From assembly GCA_963776625.1 (NCBI GenBank), contig CAVZNP010000014.1, forward strand, positions 123,280 to 187,279: DNA of 64,000 nt, written 5' to 3'. The DNA is from an uncultured Chloroflexia bacterium (lineage in GTDB: Bacteria; Chloroflexota; UBA6077; CF-72). The notes under the pieces are model-generated. The model was not told where the DNA came from and did not search any database. It was given only the letters and a program-made list of their open reading frames with translations. A program made the translations under genes and the position numbers. Below, piece by piece: positions 60,218 through 64,000 of this stretch; position 1 is the stretch's first letter, and every line of letters begins with the position of its first letter.

Positions 60218-61645
60218 ATGCACACACACAACGTTCTGTCCGCGGAGGACGCACTGCGCGATGTCTTCGACGGCGCCATGGTCTGCGTCGGCGGTTTTGG
60301 ACCCGTCCGCAATCGGCCCGTCGACTTGTTGACGGCCCTGTCCGATCAGTCGAACGCTCGCAACCTGACCATCGTCTCAAATGGCTTTCCGCATCAGCCG
60401 CTGGCCGAAAATCGTCAGGTCAAGAAGTTCATCGGTGCCTTCGGCGGCTCGGTGTACCGGCGCGCCGCGGCCAGCGAGGAGCAGATTCGCAGCGGCGAAC
60501 TCGAGTTCGAGCCCTCCCCGCAGGGCATCTTCACCGAGCGTCTGCGCGCCGGCGCGGGCGGCATCGCCGCGTTCTTCTCGCCGGTCGGTGCGCACACGGT
60601 CGTCGCCAACAACAAGGAGCGACGCACGATTGACGGTCGCGACTACATCCTCGAGACGGCGCTTCGACCCGACTTCGGCTTGATTCGCGCGGAAAAGGCC
60701 GACGAGCAGGGCAATCTGACGGGCATCGGCTCCACGCTGAACTTCCATCCGTCCATGGCCGCGGCCAGCAAGGTCACGATCGCGGAAGTCGACGAGATCG
60801 TGCCGGCCGGCTCGATCGCGCCCGAGGACGTCAAGATTCCGGGCATCTACGTCGACCGACTGGTGCTCCACGATAGGAGCCGCGACGAGCAGTCGGACTC
60901 TGAGGAGCGCCAGCGCCGGCAGCGGCGCGTCGTCGCCAATACCAAGGAGTTCGGCCTGACGCAGGACCAGATGGCGATCCGCGCCTCGCTGCTGCTCAAG
61001 CCCGGGCAGTACGTCAATCTGGGCATGGGCATTCCCACCAAGGTTGCCAACTACATCACCACCGAGTCGGGCGTGATGCTCCACGCGGAGAATGGCATCC
61101 TGGGCTACGGACCTCAGCCGTCCGAAGACGAGTACAAGTGGCAGTATTTCAACGCGCAGGGGCAGGCGGTGACGGTGCTGCCAGGCGGCGCGGTCTTCGA
61201 CAGCTTCGGCGCGTTCACCATGGCGCGCGGCGGTCACCTCGACGTGGTGATCCTCGGCGGACTGCAGGTCTCGAGCAACGGCGACCTCGCCAACTGGTGG
61301 GCGCCACACATGGCTGCCGGCGGCATGGGCGGCGCGATGGATCTGTGCACCAACGTGCCGGAGCTCATCGTCATCATGGATCACACCACGCGCGAAGGCG
61401 ACAAGAAGCTGCTCAACGAGTGCACCTATCCGCTGACCGCGCCGCGCTGCGTCACCAAGGTCGTGACGGATTTGGCGTACATCGACGTAGCCGACGGAAA
61501 ATTCATCTTGCGCGAGCTCGCGCCAGGTGTCAGCGTGGAGTACGTGCAGGCGCGGACGGAGCCGCAGCTGGTCATCGCCCCGGATTTGCACGAGATGTCG
61601 TTCGCGGAGGTGCCCACGGGCGCGGTGGCGGCCACGGCGGGCTGA
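60218..61645 (+). CDS. Fused A/B 3-oxoacid CoA-transferase
   Basis: VGGFG, PQG..ERLRAG, GIYVD, VNLGMGIP, HAENG, GGMGGAMDL, C.YPLT. Confidence 0.92.
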   Translation: MHTHNVLSAEDALRDVFDGAMVCVGGFGPVRNRPVDLLTALSDQSNARNLTIVSNGFPHQPLAENRQVKKFIGAFGGSVYRRAAASEEQIRSGELEFEPSPQGIFTERLRAGAGGIAAFFSPVGAHTVVANNKERRTIDGRDYILETALRPDFGLIRAEKADEQGNLTGIGSTLNFHPSMAAASKVTIAEVDEIVPAGSIAPEDVKIPGIYVDRLVLHDRSRDEQSDSEERQRRQRRVVANTKEFGLTQDQMAIRASLLLKPGQYVNLGMGIPTKVANYITTESGVMLHAENGILGYGPQPSEDEYKWQYFNAQGQAVTVLPGGAVFDSFGAFTMARGGHLDVVILGGLQVSSNGDLANWWAPHMAAGGMGGAMDLCTNVPELIVIMDHTTREGDKKLLNECTYPLTAPRCVTKVVTDLAYIDVADGKFILRELAPGVSVEYVQARTEPQLVIAPDLHEMSFAEVPTGAVAATAG

Positions 61646-61972
61646 GCGGACAAGCGGGGTGCATGGGAGCCTGACCAACCGGGGCCAGCCAGCCGGGCAG
61701 TGGGACACCAGTGGCGGCTGCAAGAGGCATCCGGATGGTCGGGCATCGCCTCAGTTCGTCCTCGCCCCCGGATTTGCGCGAGATGTCGTTCGCGGAGGTG
61801 CGTACGGGCGCGGTGGCGGCTACGGCGGGCTGAGCGGACAAGCGGGGTGGATGGGAGCCTGACCAACCGGGGCGCCAGCCAGCCAGTGGGACACCAGTGG
61901 CGGCGTGCAAGAGGCGTCCGGATTGTCGGGCATCGCGTCAGTTCGTCATCGCCCGGGTTTGCACGAGATGTC
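61571..61972 (+). repeat. 187-bp tandem repeat (2 copies plus a partial third) that includes the 3' end of the CoA-transferase gene
   Basis: Units start at 61571, 61758 and 61945 (GTCMTCGCCC..TTTGC.CGAGATGTC). Confidence 0.85.
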
Positions 61973-62459
61973 CTCTTGCGGTGCCGGGGAGGGATCCGTA
62001 ACTCCGCGGCCGTGAACCAGAGACGGGTCCTTCGTGCCTCAGATGACACTCGCTGTGGAGACATGGCCGGGGACTCACCAGTCTTTGCGCTGAGCGGACA
62101 ACTGGCGAAGGCGTAAAACGTGGTTCGTGATCAACCCGGGCGTTGAGCAGCCAGTGCGGCATCATTGGCGATGTGTAGAAGCCGTCTGGGTTGACGCGCA
62201 TCACCCTGGTGCCGCGGCTCGCCATGTTCGACGCGCCCAACCCGGAAATGTGGACTCCTGTTGCCGGTCGGTGCAGGACATCGAGACCCGTCGAATTCAC
62301 TGCCGCGCGGGCCTGTAGGTACGGGGGTCAGAGGCAGCAGGTGGGCTCCCCCGGCGAGATTCTGCGACCGCTCGGCGAGTACGCTTTGCGCGCGAGCCAC
62401 TGGGATCCAACCCTGGCGATCGGATGCGCACCGAGTTGCAGCAGGCGAGGGCGTAGCTG

Positions 62460-63080
62460 ATGTATCACGAGGTCAAGGTCCTCGACGTGCACGCCCATCC
62501 GCGGGCGACGGCGGCCTCGGATGCGGTTTTCGCGCGCATGCTCGGCGTCAATGCCGCGGCGGCGCGAGTCGGCAAGCGGGACTGACCGACGACGATTTCC
62601 GCGAGGCGATGGAGCCCTACGTGCGGTACATGCACCAGCATCGACCTGTAATTGCTGGGTCCGGGTCCGACGCCCTGGATGAGCTTCATCGAGCCGCACC
62701 TGATTCCCACCTGGACGCAGCACGTGAACGACACCATTCACAAGCAAATGGAACTGTTTCCACGTCGCTCTGTCGGGGCGGCCCAGGTGCCGATGATCAG
62801 CGAGGCGCCAGACCCGGGCAACGGTCTGGACGTGGTAGACCGCTGCGTCTCCGAGCACGGGTTCATGGCGGTGTATGTCAGTCCGGATCCCGCTGGACGG
62901 CGCACCACGCCGGCGATGCGTGAATCGTACTGGTTTCCCCTGTACGAGAAGTGCCAGGCCATGCGGCTGCCCATCATCGTGCACGCCACCAACACCCAGG
63001 ACCCGCGGCATCGCATCATCCCACTCGGGTACTTCATCGAGGAATACTGGGCCAGCCAGTTTCTGTCGCACGCAGCGCAT
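62460..63080 (+). pseudogene. Amidohydrolase family protein, frameshifted and truncated
   Basis: VLDVHAH, HVND, YW.PLYEKC...LPIIVH; C-terminal part replaced by LLM sequence. Confidence 0.65.
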
Positions 63081-63084
63081 TCGT

Positions 63085-64000
63085 CTGGGCCCCACGTGTT
63101 GATCGTCGCGTACCGACCGCCGCTGCTCACGGCAAAACTGCTCACCATGCTCGACGTGCTGTCCGGTGGGGCGGCTCGTCCTGGAAGTTCGGCCGACAAG
63201 CCCCGTTTCGGCTCAAGTCGCAGTCGGCCGAACTTCTGCACACAGTTTGCGCTAGGGACGCGGCCAAAAGCCTGAGATGGACCTCGAAACCGCGGGCCGC
63301 GTCCCTAGAAGTCTGGCCGACAAGCCCGTTTTCAGCCCGAGTCGCAGTCGGCCAGACTGCTGTGACAGTTTGCGCCAGGAGCGCGGCAGCCGGTTTCGAG
63401 GTGGACTACGGGCTTTTTGGCCGCGCTCCTGGGCGTCGGCGTGGGCTGGATGGAGGAGCAGTTCGAAGCGGTCGGCGCTCCACCCTACGCGGAGCGCGGG
63501 GCGGTTACGGACGAATATCTTCGCATGTTCAAGACGCTTGGACCGAAGAGCATCCCACCTTTAGCGGCGAGTATTGCAGCGTCTCCGAGATTGGCGTTCT
63601 GCCCAAACCGGTGCAGAAGCCTCACCCTTCGATCTGGGTTGGCGGACACACGCCGCCCGCGCTGCGGTGCGCGGCAACGCTGGGCGACCCGTGGCTGCCG
63701 CTCGGAGCGTTTCCGCCAGTTGTTTTCAGGCCGGACGAGCTGCGGCCGATGATCGCTCGTTTGCGCGAGCTGACGCGACAGGCGGGACGAGCGGAAGACG
63801 CCGTCGGCGTATGCCTGGGTGGCATGGTCCGCTTCGAGGGCTCAGCCGGACCTGAGCGCTTGCCGCTCAAAGGAAACGCGGAACAGATCGCGGAAGACAT
63901 TCGCGAGTACCAGGCGATGGGCATCAACGACTTCATCCTGTATCTGCCCGGACGCGAGGCGGCGAGTTGCATGGCCTCGCTGGAGCGCTTCGCTCGCGAG
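63085..64000 (+). pseudogene. LLM F420-dependent oxidoreductase remnant, interrupted by a repeat mosaic; runs off the window end
   Basis: YRPPLLTAK..LDVLSGG | LLGVGVGWMEE.F, TDEYL, PKPVQKPHP.IWVGG in shifting frames. Confidence 0.72.
63181..63432. mobile_element. Mosaic of hairpin elements A-B-A-B (BIME/MITE-like) inserted in the LLM gene
   Basis: Four inverted-repeat modules joined at CTGG/CTAG/CTAG/CCAG/CTGG; TCCTGG at both ends. Confidence 0.7.

Noticed and set aside
62110-62460. Gene upstream of the second amidohydrolase
   Set aside because: Looks like frameshifted coding debris ending in a TGATG overlap, but no family could be recognised.
475-63972. Numerous long alternative-frame and antisense ORFs (e.g. 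475-1608, 3723-4973, 11962-13260, 21471-22742, 41795-43093, 60377-61723)
   Set aside because: They are Arg/Ala/Pro-rich shadows of real genes, expected at high GC, with no recognisable motifs.

Overview
GC-rich bacterial chromosomal segment. Its gene content (many LLM/VOC/amidohydrolase paralogs, a Tat solute-binding protein, AddAB-type repair genes, a PEP-CTERM-like protein) suggests a soil Chloroflexota-type organism, but this is inference. It carries about 55 genes: clpP, an orphan infC with an AUU start, amtB-pucR, a LigD polymerase domain, aromatic/oxidative catabolic enzymes, glycosyltransferases, and an AddB-AddA-HNH nuclease locus. No rRNA, tRNA, CRISPR array or transposase was recognised. 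Frameshifts become frequent after about 50 kb, reflecting either consensus errors or decay. The most unusual signals are five. (i) A ~780-bp strand-polarised array of GCGTCAC heptamers, phased at ~21 bp with a ~170-bp higher-order period (59020-59796). (ii) A dispersed family of covarying hairpin elements joined at CTAG-like sites, one mosaic of which splits an LLM gene (63181-63432; relatives at 10305 and 18450-18726). (iii) An orphan protein with a DUF4157/eCIS-type LQRxAGNxAV/VQR leader. (iv) A 108-bp repeat insertion and an eroded nuclease motif in the AddA-like helicase. (v) A 187-bp tandem duplication of a gene 3' end. All coordinates and counts were made by eye.
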